From positions 112,778,001 to 112,842,000 of the forward strand of contig OX597814.1 in assembly GCA_951406725.2 (NCBI GenBank): a DNA stretch of 64,000 bases, written 5' to 3'. Numbering within the stretch: position 1 is the stretch's first letter; the number at the start of each line of letters is the position of its first letter. A program made the position numbers and the translations under genes. Shown piece after piece: positions 28,235 to 40,997 of the stretch. The notes beneath the pieces were generated by a model. It saw only the letters and a list, made by a program, of their open reading frames with translations, searched no databases and was not told where the DNA came from. This stretch comes from Octopus vulgaris. Lineage: Eukaryota.

Positions 28235-28748
28235 CCGTTACTTATTTTATCGACCCCCGAAAGGATGAAAGACAATGTCGACCTCGGCGGAATTTGAACG
28301 CAGAACGTAGCGACTGGCGAAATACCTATTTCTTTACTACCCACAAGGGGCTAAACACAGAGAGGACAAACAAGGACAGACAAAAGGATTAAATCGATTA
28401 CATCGACCCCAGTGCGTAACTGGTACTTATCTAATCGACCCCTAAAGGATGAAATGCAAAGTCGACCACAGCGGAATTTGAACTCAGAACGTAGCGACGG
28501 GCGAAACACCTATTTCTATTTCTTTACTACCCACAAGGGGCTAAACACAGAGAGGACAAACAAGGACAGACAAACGGATTAAGTCGATTACATCGACCCC
28601 AGTGCGTAACTGGTACTTATTTAATCGACCCCGAAAGGATGAAAGGCAAAGTCGACCTCGGTGGAATTTGAACTCAGAACGAAACGACAGACTAAATACG
28701 GCTACGCATTTCGCCCGGCGTGCTAACGTTTCTGCCAGCTCGCCGCCT
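28235..28748 (-). mobile_element. SINE family A trimer
   Basis: Reverse complement of the 410-1004 type array; a + strand copy follows at 28777-28992. Confidence 0.9.
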
Positions 28749-29097
28749 CATTAACCATTATTAATGATAATCATCAAGACAGTGAGCTAATGCAATCGTT
28801 AGCACACCGGACAAAATGCTTAGGGACATTTCGTCTGTCAATACGTTCTGAGTTCAAATCCCACCGAGACTGAATTTACCTTATATCATATTTTGGGGTC
28901 GATAAAATAACTACCAGTTGATCACTGGGGTAGATGTATTCGACCTTCCCTCTCCCCCGAAACTGCTGGCCTTGTGCCAAAATGTGAAACCATTATTAAC
29001 AATAACCATTACTAACTATATCCGATTCTATGTACAAAAGGCAAGAGATTGCTCGATAACTATTACGAAGCATAACGAATATCACACAAGGTTATTG

Positions 29098-29356
29098 CCA
29101 GACTTAACCAACACCAGATTTAACTATTGGCAGACATAACTAACACCAGACATACTCAATACCAGGTATAACCAATTAATAGATATAACCGTTAGAAGAC
29201 ATTACCAGTTAACCGATATAACTAATAGCAGACATAACCAATACCAGGCATAACTAATACCAGATGTAACCAATAGTAGACGTAACCAATAGCAGTCATA
29301 ACTAATACCAGACATAACCAATAACAGACATAACCAGTGCCAGACATAACTAATAC
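29098..29356. repeat. ~17-bp minisatellite (CCAGACATAACYAATA-like)
   Basis: About 15 degenerate tandem units. Confidence 0.8.
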
Positions 29357-30466
29357 CTCCACAACGAACCAAACACCTCCAATAAGCGTAAATGTAGAAT
29401 CAATATTTTTTTCTTTTCATATTTCGAAAACATTTTTAAACTTCACTTCCGGTTTCTTATTTTCTTTCTCCCTATTAATTATGCTGTAATCATTTTTCTT
29501 GTCTTTTTCTCCATTTATTGCAATGGCTTTTGTCACTTATTTTTTATCTAACATTCATTTATATTCCTTCATTTCATTCCACCTTCCTTCTGTCCAAATA
29601 CTATCTGTTTTCTCTTATTCATTATTTCTCTCACATTATCGCCATCTTCGTTTTTACAATTCTTCTTCTTCTTATTATTATTATTATTATCATTATTATT
29701 TGGCGGTGGGGTTGTCGTCTGCTTATTTTTTTATTGTCTTGTTCTTCTTTCCTATTCCTAAGCAGTTTCTCATGCCCAGTTGACATCAACCACCTCGGGC
29801 GAAGATAGATATGGCAGTGAATGATAGCCGAGCAGATGGTTACCACTCGTTCTCTTCTTCTTGTTCTCGTTATTGTTGCTCCTGTTATTTCTGCTGCTGC
29901 TGCTGCTGCCGGTGGTTTCGTTGTTTGCTGTGGGTTTTCTTATCAATATATTTTCTTATTATAACGGTTATGGTTAGTAAGATAAATACAAGCAAAAAAA
30001 ATTAAATAATCTTATTTTTCTTGTTTATCATTAGTTGTTTTTTGTTTGTGTGTTTTGTTGTTGTGGTGGTTGTTTTAATCTCTCTGTCTCTCTCTTCCCC
30101 CTCTCTCTCTTCTTCCTCTTCTTTTTCTTCACAAGAGAAAAGAAAAATAGAGGAGAGAGAAAGAACGAGAGAGTGTGATAGTATGAGAGAGAAGTACAGA
30201 AGTAAAGAGACGGGAAGAGGAGGTGGGGAGAGAGAGAATTATGTATAAGGAGGGAGTGGGAGTGAGAAGATACTTGTGTAAGGGAGGGAGGGTGGATCGG
30301 TAATGTAGAAAGAGAGAGAAAGGGAGGAAGGAAGAGAGAATGTGGCGTGAGAAAGAGAGGAAGAAAAGAAGTAAGAGCGAGTATATATTTGAGAGAGGGG
30401 AGAATGAAGCTGGGAGAGAGAGGGGAAAAGAAAGAGGAGAAGAAGAAAGAGTATGAGAGAGAGGGG

Positions 30467-30517
<51 letters not shown>

Positions 30518-30688
30518 CGGAAGAAGAGAGGGCAAATTAGAGACAAAGAAAAGAAGGAAGGGAGAAAATACAGGTCAGACGTCTGAAGAACTGGTAGTGA
30601 GAGATAAATATATAAGGGAGAAAGAGAGGGTTTGTGAAAGAGGCAGACAGCTAGAGAGAGAGGGAAGAGTGAGAAATATATTGTGTGT

Positions 30689-30993
30689 GAGCGCATGGTA
30701 TAGGGGAAAGGGTATTCGGCTCGCAATAGAAAGGTCGTGAGTTCGATTCCCGGCGACGCGTTGCGTCCTTGAACAAAACACTTTATTTCACGTTGTTCCA
30801 GTCCACTCATCTGGCAAAAAAGAAACGTACCGGTATTTTAAAGGGTCCTGCCTTGTCACATTCTGTGTCACGCCGAATCCTCATGAGAGCTACGTTAAGG
30901 GTACGCATGTCTGCGGAGTGCTCAGCCACTTGCTCGAAGAGGCTGTTCGGTTGCTCGTTTCATCTGAAACACGCATCGTCGAAAACGACGGAG
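30689..30993 (+). mobile_element. tRNA(Arg)-like SINE family C
   Basis: tRNA-like head with TCG anticodon-like loop and GTTCGATTCC B box; 3' half shared with 34800-35177. Confidence 0.8.
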
Positions 30994-31428
30994 ACCCAGG
31001 CTGACCATTAAACTATAACAACGTGCTTTTATTGTTATCTCCCGATGAAACTGTAAACATATATCTTTTAAATTTAGTTTCATTTTAAATTTTAAATCAT
31101 TCAATTTTCATACAAGACAAAACTTCCATTAATTTATCAACGACCACCTTTGGTGATAATTTAATTAAATTCACAATTTAACTAACTGCATTTTTTCCTT
31201 GGTATCCATTGAAAGCTATAGTCGAGAGCAAATAGAACTTCCTTTCTCGTTTCAACAATATATATCTCAGGTAATATATATCTCGGGTAATGTCAATCAA
31301 GGATCTGATGTTCGGTTTAAAACCAGATATCACCATATTTAGCTCCACCAAATGGATTGACAGAGTTTTCTAAATACACCTTTATCTAACTAAACTCTAC
31401 AATCTTTTATATCGAATGGGTAGTTTTG

Positions 31429-31497
<69 letters not shown>

Positions 31498-31522
31498 TAA
31501 CAGTAGAGTACAGGTGTCAATC

Positions 31523-31603
31523 CATTACAGCCGTTTCTAATGACTCCTTTAAGTGATTAATAAAAACAATACATCGTTGTAAATAAACCATTTTCGTCAG
31601 ATG
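31523..31603 (-). ncRNA. Type I hammerhead motif in a (TA)n-embedded insert (31495-31748)
   Basis: CAU-CUGACGA-AAAUGG...UCAUUA-GAAA-CGGCU-GUA-AUG. Confidence 0.55.
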
Positions 31604-31752
31604 CATTCATGTACTTCAAAATAAAGGAGATTTAAAATGATTTAACATAGTTTAAAATCTCCGGAGCAAAACATTTACAGCGATTCTGCTACTATTTCAG
31701 TTGACCTAACGAGGTTCCTCAATTTAAGTACCTAATTTAACTGAATCTTATA

Positions 31753-31831
<79 letters not shown>

Positions 31832-32124
31832 TTCTGTCATCATACTGCGGCCATGTTGGGCATCGCCTTCAAGAAGTTTTAGTCAAATGAATCGAACCCA
31901 GGACTTTCATTTTTAGCCGGGTAATTATTCTATCGGTCGCTTTTGCCGAACAGGAAAAAAGTCACAGGGATGTAAACACATCGACACCGGTTGTCAGGCG
32001 ATGGAGTGGGGATAAACACAGAAATAAAATCCCACACGCATACAAATACACACACACACACATACGCACACATCCATACGTATATATATATATATACGTT
32101 TCTCTCCTTATTTTTTCTGTGTCC

Positions 32125-32160
32125 CTTTCTGTAGAAGAGCGTAGGCTCGAAACGTAAAAG
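32125..32160 (+). ncRNA. Minimal hammerhead-like motif with CUGUAGA variant core
   Basis: CUUU-CUGUAGA-A-GAGC-GUAG-GCUC-GAAA-C-GUA-AAAG, within a ~135-bp repeat (32100-32235) also present at 59620-59760. Confidence 0.55.
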
Positions 32161-32238
32161 ACTTTTTCTATTCCTGAGCGTTATACTAATACATCTTTTT
32201 GTTTTGTACACCACCTGTCTTCGTCTTTTGTTAGACGC

Positions 32239-32275
<37 letters not shown>

Positions 32276-32299
32276 ATGAATATGTATGTATATATATGT

Positions 32300-32366
<67 letters not shown>

Positions 32367-32411
32367 TATAAATAAGGGCAAAAGAACAAAGATTCCTATG
32401 CCAATATGTTG

Positions 32412-32490
<79 letters not shown>

Positions 32491-32515
32491 TACATACACA
32501 CACACACACACATAC

Positions 32516-33640
32516 ATTAGGTTTTTTTACATTTTAATTTTTTAAAAGGTTTAATAAAAAATAACTAATTAATCAATAATGTATTCACCCTTGTTGTTCA
32601 ACAAGATTTTCAATACCTCGTTTGTAGAAATCACCCGATTTCAACTCGAAAAATTGATCCGACCAAGCTCTCAATTTTGCATCAGTATTGAACGAAACTC
32701 CGCGCATAGCATTTGAAAGAGATCGAAAGAGGTGAAAATCCGTTGGTATTAAATCAGGAGAGTACGGCGGGTGTGGCAGCACTTCCCAGCCATACGTTTG
32801 AATGACTTCCTTGGTCATATCGGTGATATGAGGGCGGGCGTTGTCGTGCAGCAGAAGAACTCCATGCTGACGATTAGGTCTTTTCTCTTGAATAGTCGTG
32901 TTGAGTCGTACCATCTGTTGAACATAGTTCCGCGTTGATCCTTTGGTTCCATTCAAGCAATTCGTAATGGATAATCCCTTCCTAGTCCCACCATACACAC
33001 AACATCATTTTACGCGGATGAAGATCTTGTTTCACGCGCGGTGTCGCTTGTTTACCGGGGCTAAGCCATTCCTTACGCTGCTTTATATTGATGTACAGGT
33101 ACCATTTTTCGTCGCCAGTAACGATTCGATAAAGAAATCGTTGCTTGTGTCCATGAGTTGAGCAGTGACGAGCAAACAAACCAGCGGAGATTGTGGCTCG
33201 TTGATTTTTGTTGTCGTAACTTAAAGCATGCGGAACACCCATGCTCCATACTTCTGAACCTTTCCCATCGAGTGAAGATGCTTCTCTATAGCAGTGTGGG
33301 AGCATTCCATTTTCTCTGCCAGTTCCCTTGTCGTTTGACGAGAATTTTCGTGCAAAAGTTGGTTTAATCGCTCTTCATGGAATTCAACTGGACGGCCAGA
33401 ATGAGGTGGGTCCTTGATTCAAAATTTCCATTTTTGAACTTGGTATACCAATCACGAGCGGTTCCTTCAGCTATGGCACCCTCTCCATACACAGCACAAA
33501 TGTCGCGAGCAGCGAGAAAGACAAAATAGATTCCAAAATGATTCAAAAATTGAATTCTCGAAAACAATAGATTCCAAAATTTAAAAACACAATAAATTCC
33601 AAAATAAAAAAAAAACGTGGGAGATTAGTTGCCAACCCAA
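32516..33640 (-). mobile_element. Mariner (D,D34D) transposon, decayed
   Basis: IVTGDEKW, HPRKMMLCVWWD, LLHDNARPH, HPPYSPDLIPTDFHLF over frameshifts; one clear TIR TTAGTTGCCAACCCAA-TA, the other degraded. Confidence 0.92.
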
Positions 33641-33659
33641 TATATATATTCTTGTATTA

Positions 33660-33884
33660 TTTTGCTTGTTTTAGTCATTTAACTGCGACCATGCTGGAGC
33701 ACAGCTGTAAAGGATTTTTTAGTCGAATAAATCGACCCCCAGGACATATTCTTTGTAGCCTAGTACTTATTCTATCGGTCTCTTTTTGCCGAACCGCAAA
33801 TGTTACGGGGAGGTGAACACAACAACATTGATTGCCAAGCGATAGAAGGGGGATAAACACAGACACACAAACACACACACATAT

Positions 33885-33965
<81 letters not shown>

Positions 33966-34130
33966 TACGACGGGCTTCTTTCAGTTTCCGTGTACCAAAT
34001 CCTTTCCCAAGGCTTTGGTCGGCTCGACGCTGTGGTAGAAGTCCCTTGCCCAAGGTGCCACGCAGTGGGACTGAACCTGTACCCATGTGGTTGGTAAGCA
34101 AACTATTTACCACACAGCCACTCCTTGCCT
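33660..34130 (-). mobile_element. Complete bipartite SINE family B with internal (GATA)n
   Basis: Head 33965-34130, microsatellite 33870-33965, tail 33660-33870. Confidence 0.85.
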
Positions 34131-34207
34131 TTTGATATTCCGTTGCTACATGTTCTTTTACTCTCAAACGAAAAAATTAAAATATTTCTAATTATAAAGA
34201 AACAGTT

Positions 34208-34410
34208 AAGGCAACGAGCTGGCAGGATGGTCAGCTCGCCGAACAAAACGCTTAGCGTTCGTCTTTACGTTCTGAGTTCAAATTTCGCTGAGGTCGACTT
34301 TGTCTTCCATCCTTTCGGATTTCTTTAATATAAGTACCAGCTGAATATTGAGGATCGATGCAATCGTCTTAACCACTTGAAATTGCTGGTTCTGTGCCAA
34401 AATTTGAAAT
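34208..34410 (+). mobile_element. SINE family A, diverged
   Basis: Family A head, B box and body. Confidence 0.75.
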
Positions 34411-34465
34411 CATTTACAAAGAAATAGTTGTTTTGCTGGTGATAACGGTTGATACCGTTATCATC

Positions 34466-34526
<61 letters not shown>

Positions 34527-34636
34527 TGTATATAGTTAATCCAAACATGAAAACACAAAGAGAAAACACAACAACGCGAGGACGTGGAACAAGTATAGTG
34601 TTGAATGGTCGCTCAGGAAAGAAGGAAAGAAGGAGG

Positions 34637-34671
34637 GTTTAACGTTTCGAGCGGAGCTCTTCGTCAGAAAC
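34637..34671 (-). ncRNA. Minimal type I hammerhead in a Penelope pLTR-like insert (34535-34738)
   Basis: GUUU-CUGACGA-A-GAGC-UCC-GCUC-GAAA-C-GUU-AAAC; palindromic helix III. Confidence 0.7.
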
Positions 34672-34799
34672 ATAGGAAAAGGAAAGATCCAAAGAAGGGA
34701 AGACAGAGGAAAAAAATCGCCAACGGTACACACGTGGTATATAAATGTATAAATACATACACACATATATACATATATACATCATATATTTGTGTGAGT

Positions 34800-35177
34800 G
34801 GAGGCGCAATGGCCCAGTGGTTAGGGCGGTAGACGCGCGGTCATAGGATCGCGGTTTCGATTGCCAGACCGGGCGTCGTGAGTGTTTATTGAGCGAAAAT
34901 ACCTAAATCTCCACGAGGCTCCGGCAAGGGTTGGTGACAAACCCAGCTGTACTCTTTCACCACAACTTTCTCTCACTCTTTCTTCCTGTTTCTGTTGTAC
35001 CTGTATTTCAAAGGACCAGCCCTATCACACTCTGTGCCACGCTGAACCTCCCCGAGAACTACGTTAAGGGTACACGTGTCTGTGGAATGCTCAGCTATCT
35101 GCACGTTAATTTCACGAGCAGGCTGTTCCGTTGATTGGATCAACTGGAACCCTCGTTGTTGTAACCGACGGAGTGCT
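34800..35177 (+). mobile_element. tRNA-derived SINE family C, full length
   Basis: GGAGGCGCAATGGCCCAGTGGTTAGGG A box, GGTTTCGATT B box, 3' end GTAACCGACGGAGTGC. Confidence 0.85.
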
Positions 35178-35217
35178 GTAAAAAATATACACACACATAC
35201 ATATACATATATATATA

Positions 35218-35271
<54 letters not shown>

Positions 35272-35304
35272 CATACATATATATACATACATATATATGT
35301 ATAA

Positions 35305-35982
35305 TTCAGGAGCGTGTTAAGGAAGGTGGGGCTATAATGCCAGAAACCGGTCCACGTGAGTCCAAATACTAGAATGTATTTTGAGAGTTCGTCTTAGCTC
35401 GTTTATCCGCAAACTGTTGTTTTCTGTAGTTATCATCAGGTTTTTTCGGCAATGTAAATAAGAGTTTTGACTGTTATCTCTAGCAGGTAGACATACTTAG
35501 TATGTCTTTTGATTAATTTTAATCCCTCAGCTATTTAATGTTTTTCTGAACCTGCAATTGCCTATATTATTGATTCTGTTATTATTATCATTTTTAATTG
35601 TTACACTAGATAATAACAGAGTCAATAATATCTTCGCAAATATTTTCTCCTGAATTTTTTGCTCTGTATTGAAATTATTTTCACACTGGTGGCTGCCATG
35701 ATTCGACGCAAAACGAATCAGCTGCTGCACAGACTTCAGCGTGACGGTTTGGGGCATTCCATCATGGAAACGCATGCTGAGGAGGGGTGAGGCAATAATG
35801 CCAATCCAGAAATCGGTCCAAGTGAGTTTGAATGTATGTTGAGAGATTGTCTTTGCTCGTTCGCTCGCAGAGGGTTGATTTCTGTAGTTATCATCGGTTA
35901 TTTTGGCGATTTCAGTAAGAGCTTTGACTGTTATTTTCAGCAGGGAGACATACTTCTTATGTGCTTTGATTAATTTTATATT
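35305..35982 (+). mobile_element. Direct-repeat element with a hammerhead in each repeat (retrozyme/pLTR-like)
   Basis: Diverged ~210-bp direct repeats (35305-35523 and 35770-35980), with motifs at 35312-35357 (degenerate core) and 35771-35824 (CUGAGGA..GAAAUCGGUC). Confidence 0.6.
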
Positions 35983-36295
35983 ATATGTGTGTGTGTGTAT
36001 GTGTGTATATATATATATATATACACTAATGGACGAAACGCCTGTGACCCCGAGATACCTGCTGATGATACGGAAGGATCTTGATCTTCAGAATTGCAAT
36101 GGATTTAGAAGAGCCAGCAAAACCTCTGAGTAGCTTCTGCAGTTTCTACCTAGGGCAAATGATCTCTTATGGTTATTTCACTTGTGTGTGTGTGTATGCG
36201 TGTGTATGTGTGTGTGTGCGTGTATGTGTATGTGTGTGTGTGTATGAGAGAGAATATACGCATATACGCACGTATATATATGGCTGTGTGGTAAA

Positions 36296-36457
36296 AATAG
36301 GCGCAGGAGTGGCTATGTGGCTAGAAGCTTACTTCCCAACCTCATGGTTCTGGGTTCAGTCTCACTGCGTGGCACCTTGGGCAAGTGTCTTCTACTGTAG
36401 CCGACCAAAGCTTTGTGAGTGGATTTGGTAGAGGGAAACTGAAAGAAGCCCGTCGTG

Positions 36458-36460
<3 letters not shown>
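36296..36460 (+). mobile_element. SINE family B head
   Basis: GGCGCAGGAGTGGCTATGTGG..CACCTTGGGCAAGTG..GAAGCCCGTCG; a same-strand tail lies at 38990-39170. Confidence 0.85.
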
Positions 36461-36526
<66 letters not shown>

Positions 36527-36530
<4 letters not shown>

Positions 36531-37750
36531 GTTACATTTACTCAATAGTCAAGATAAAACTCTGAGTTTCAGATGCCGAAGTGGAAATCCACAACACCAT
36601 CTCTTCGGTTATCTGGCCATCTGAAAAACGCTATGAAAAAATACCGTTTTAGGCACAAGAACAAAAGAAAAGCGACAAAATTATCTAATCATATTTGGTC
36701 TTTAAAAGATAAAGGTGTCGATTATAACATCCATTGGAAGATTTTGGCCAAATGTAAGCCCTATACCAACGGCAGCGGAAGGTGCGGTCTATGCGACATG
36801 GAGAGATGGCTTATCTGGAAAAGCAGCTTAGACCCTACTACATGTCTAAACTCAAGGACAGAACTTTTCGGATCATGCCCATGTGTGACTAAATTTTTGT
36901 TACGTTTTTGGCCCCTAAAGAAAACAGATAGAACTTGCTTTCTATGTTATGTCCCAAAAAGTTTTTTATCTCATTATACCTTTTATTATTTCATATATTT
37001 TTATATTTTCACATATAATAATTTTTTCTGTACTTTTATATCCTGCATTTTTTCCTGTGCCTATATAGACGTGTATATAGATTCATTTATACACGTGTGT
37101 GAATATGTATGAGTGGGCAGTTTTAGATGTGTGCGTGTGTGCGTACATAAGAATGCACATATATATATAGACGTTTTTACTTAGTTTTTTTTTTTAAATT
37201 TGGGGGGGGGGCATATGTATATTCATTTTTTGTATATGCGTGTGTATGTATGCGTATATAAATATGTGCGGGTATGTACATATATGGGCGTGTGTATGTA
37301 TGAGTGCATAGGGGCATGTCCGTATATGAACGTGGTTTTTATGCTTTGTATACTTCCTTATGTTTTTTTCTGTTATCTTTAACCATGGTTTTTCTTGTGT
37401 TTGTGCGTATATAGACTTATGTATGAACTTTTACGGTACGCATGTGTGTGTGTATGAGGTTGTATATATATGCGTATATATTTGGCGAAAAATGCGAGTG
37501 AAGATGTGTACGTTTTCATAGTGACGTATAAGTACGCACGTGGGTTTCCCTTTATATAACGGTATTTTTTCATAGCGTTTTTTAGATGGCCAGATAACCG
37601 AAGAGATGGTGTTTTGGATTTCCACATCGGCATCTGAAACTCAGAGTTTTATCTTGACTATTGAGTAAATGTAACATATTATTTTATAGATAAATTTCCT
37701 CTATTTACATAATATTGAGGTCTCTTTCTTTTGTTATCTTAACGTTTTTA

Positions 37751-37755
<5 letters not shown>
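36527..37755 (+). mobile_element. Penelope-like element 3' fragment (GIY-YIG C-terminus) with inverted arms
   Basis: FRHKNKRKATKLSNHIWSLKD..WKILAKCKPY..CGLCDMER..LNSRTELFGSC..KFLL; ~122-bp inverted arms at 36527-36648 and 37558-37679; (TA)n on both sides. Confidence 0.85.
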
Positions 37756-37847
<92 letters not shown>

Positions 37848-37848
37848 G

Positions 37849-38358
37849 TTTATTTATATTATATAGAGGGCATTATTACACATAAATGCCGCACCCTAGG
37901 AGGGACTCTTAAAGTCAAAACTACCAAAATAAACATATTGTACCGAATGCAAGTCTCGAAGCAAGTCATTTAAAAACAGAATTTAGCTGCAGATCACCAG
38001 TGATTTCGTAATCAACGCAGTGGTTGCGTCCTTTACTCATCGGTGCCAGTATGATTCAAGATTTATAATGAATGAACAAAATCAACATACCAGGCGAACA
38101 ACCATCGTATCCAACGCAGCATATAGAACTGTTCACCTGTTTTTAAATGACTTGCTTCGAGACTAGCATTCGGTATAATATGTTTATTTTGGTAGCTTTG
38201 ACTTTAAGAGTCCCTCCTAGCGTGCGGCATTTATGTGTAATAATGCCCTCTATATAATATAAATAAATATATTCAAGTGGAAAAAATTTTTCTCTTATGA
38301 GGTTTTTCACGCTAACTACTTGATAATTTCTTATGAAGGTTTTATCCTATTTTTAAAT

Positions 38359-38360
<2 letters not shown>
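37849..38360. mobile_element. Fold-back Penelope-like element with hammerhead in spacer
   Basis: ~131-bp inverted arms (37849-37979 and 38137-38267); minus-strand motif 37988-38047 GCA-CCGAUGA-GUAA..UUAC-GAAA-UCACUGGUG-AUC-UGC. Confidence 0.75.
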
Positions 38361-38394
<34 letters not shown>

Positions 38395-38397
<3 letters not shown>

Positions 38398-38520
38398 CAC
38401 TGTAATCACTGTGACGGACCAGGCTATCAGATGTTGCTACACATCGCTGGTCACAATGCGCTACGCACTGTTTTAGCCTTCAAATGATGCCACCCCGCTG
38501 GCTAAGCAAGCAGGCCAATA
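38395..38520. mobile_element. Short interspersed repeat fragment, probably a SINE end
   Basis: Complex sequence inside (TA)n; its end resembles the isolated TCACGTGATCAC at about 63861. Confidence 0.4.
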
Positions 38521-38528
38521 TGTATATA

Positions 38529-38920
38529 TCTTTATATATAAAAGAGAGGTTGTGTGCTGTCTGTCTCCTACGATTTAGATTCCTAACTACTCCCACATTT
38601 TGCGATGCAGTTTAACCAAAACCGGGTATCTTATAGTCGTGATTTATATCGAGCCCTTCTGGGTATTAGCGCGCGTCTACGATGAGTCTACGATTTTAAA
38701 AAAATTTACCATCAATTTTTCCCATTTTTAATGCATTTTTGGTATATATAATGGAAGTAACTCTCTAAAAATTTATTATTAAATCTCAGAACGTAAAAAG
38801 CTACAGTAACACCCCTTTGTGGTTAGCCATATTGAGATGGCTATTATACTTTACAACTCTAAAAATGCTTATATAGTTATTTCCCTTACAAACCCGAGCA
38901 ACGCCGGGCGATACTGCTAG
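38529..38920 (+). mobile_element. Non-autonomous Helitron
   Basis: 5' TCTTTATATATAAAAG, 3' CCCGAGCAACGCCGGGCGATACTGCTAG, A|T target. Confidence 0.8.
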
Positions 38921-38989
38921 TATATATATATATATACAAGTATGTATGTATTATGTGTGTGTGTGCGTTTGTATGTATTTATGTTAGTT

Positions 38990-39170
38990 TGTTTGTCCTC
39001 CCACCATCACTTGACAACCGACGTTGGTGTGTTTACGTCCTCGTAACTTAGCGGTTCGGCAAAAGAGACCGATAGAATAACTACTAGGCTTACAAAGAAT
39101 AAGTCGACTAAAAGGCGGTGCTCCAGCATGGCCGCAGTCAAATGACTGAAACAAGTAAAAGAATAAAAGA
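38990..39170 (+). mobile_element. SINE family B tail
   Basis: CTTGACAACCGA..GGCGGTGCTCCAGCATGGCCGCAGTCAAATGACTGAAAC. Other tails at 31830-32030, 40022-40225, 57110-57305 and 59225-59400. Confidence 0.85.
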
Positions 39171-39710
39171 ATATACATATATATCTGTGCATACGTACAG
39201 GTACATATCATATGTATATATATATTACGTACATATATGTATATATATATGCATATGTTTTATTTATTAATATATTATTTGACAGAACGCACGCACCCCT
39301 TTCTAGGTAAGATTGTTCTTGATATATATATATAAATGTATATACGTCATATGCGTGCATATATATGCATAATATACATACACACATATATCTTCTCTTG
39401 ATTTCTATTACCATATCGGTGGATTCAGATGAATTAGGATCTGGATTAAAGGATCAAATCAGCTTTAACCAACCATATGGTTTCCTCCACTGATGGCTGC
39501 TTCATTCCGACCACACCATCTCTTTAGGCCATCCATCCTAACGCCATCCATCTACACCCTCCTTTTACCCATCTATCACCGCCAAGGTCATCCAGTATCT
39601 GGGATGGGATCACTCCGATTCCCTTTCTTTCCTTTAATTTCTTTGATAACCCCGATTCTTACAGCCCACCCCATGCTCCTTGCTCTCTCTTTATCTCTCC
39701 CTCTCTCTCA

Positions 39711-39756
<46 letters not shown>

Positions 39757-39865
39757 ATTTATATACGTAAGAGAGTTGTGCATATATACATACATATACA
39801 TACAAATCTATATATGTGTATGTATGTATGTATGTAGTATGTTTATGCATGTACATACATACATA

Positions 39866-39906
<41 letters not shown>

Positions 39907-39923
39907 GAATATGTATATATATG

Positions 39924-39958
<35 letters not shown>

Positions 39959-39971
39959 ATATTTATGCACG

Positions 39972-40022
<51 letters not shown>

Positions 40023-40259
40023 TCTTTTACTTGTTTCAGTCATTTGACTGTGGCTATGCTGGAGCACCGCTTTTAGTTGAACAAATCGGACCCAGGTCTT
40101 ATTCTTTGTAAGCCTAGTACTTATTCTATCGGTTCTCTTTTGCCGAACCGCTAAGTTACGGGGACGTAAACACACCAACATTGGTTGTCAATCGATGGTG
40201 AAGGGACAAAGACAGACACACAAACACACACACATATATATATACATATATATATATAT

Positions 40260-40320
<61 letters not shown>

Positions 40321-40324
<4 letters not shown>

Positions 40325-40997
40325 AAAAAAGCAACAAGAATGGATTAAAATCTCGGTACGATCGTTTCGTACGAGGACATCTTTAATAAGCTACAAAAAA
40401 TGCAGTGAATACAGATGGCTCGTACTCGAACTTATCTGCGATTCTTGTAAATTTCAATAACAATCTGTTCCTCTACACGATATGACAGTCACTTTGCTTT
40501 TACTCAGACTTTCCTTTACATGATAGGGCAGTCACTTTGCCTCTTACTCGGATTATCAGAAATTTTGCATGACTGTATCCGAAAATTTCTTCACACAACT
40601 TGATCAAATATTCAATATGAGCTATATGTAGACATGCATAAATTCTATAGGTTTAAAACCTTTCATCGGATCTCCATGAATCGAACTTTCTTCAATGCAG
40701 CTAATCTTACAACCTCTTTTGTATCTACCCCTTTTGATGTTTGGGAATTCTCTGATGTTTTTTCGGCTGAGGAGTACGAGCCATCTGTATTCACTGCATT
40801 TTTTGTAGCTTATTAAAGATGTCCTCGTACGAAACGATCGTACCGAGATTTTAATCCATTCTTGTTGCTTTTTTCCTATTTGTAATCACCCCACTTGTCG
40901 TATGGTTAACACCATATAGATTTCCGGTGCATCCTAGTTAAGGACCATATTCATGTGAATTCTTTAGAATTCACTAGAATCTCAATTACTTAACCGA

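Noticed and set aside
34800-34880. Possible tRNA gene (also 30689-30765)
   Set aside because: Imperfect cloverleaf that runs into a shared SINE body; it is a SINE head.
36028-36075. GGACGAAAC...CTGATGA as a type II hammerhead
   Set aside because: The stem II strands do not pair.
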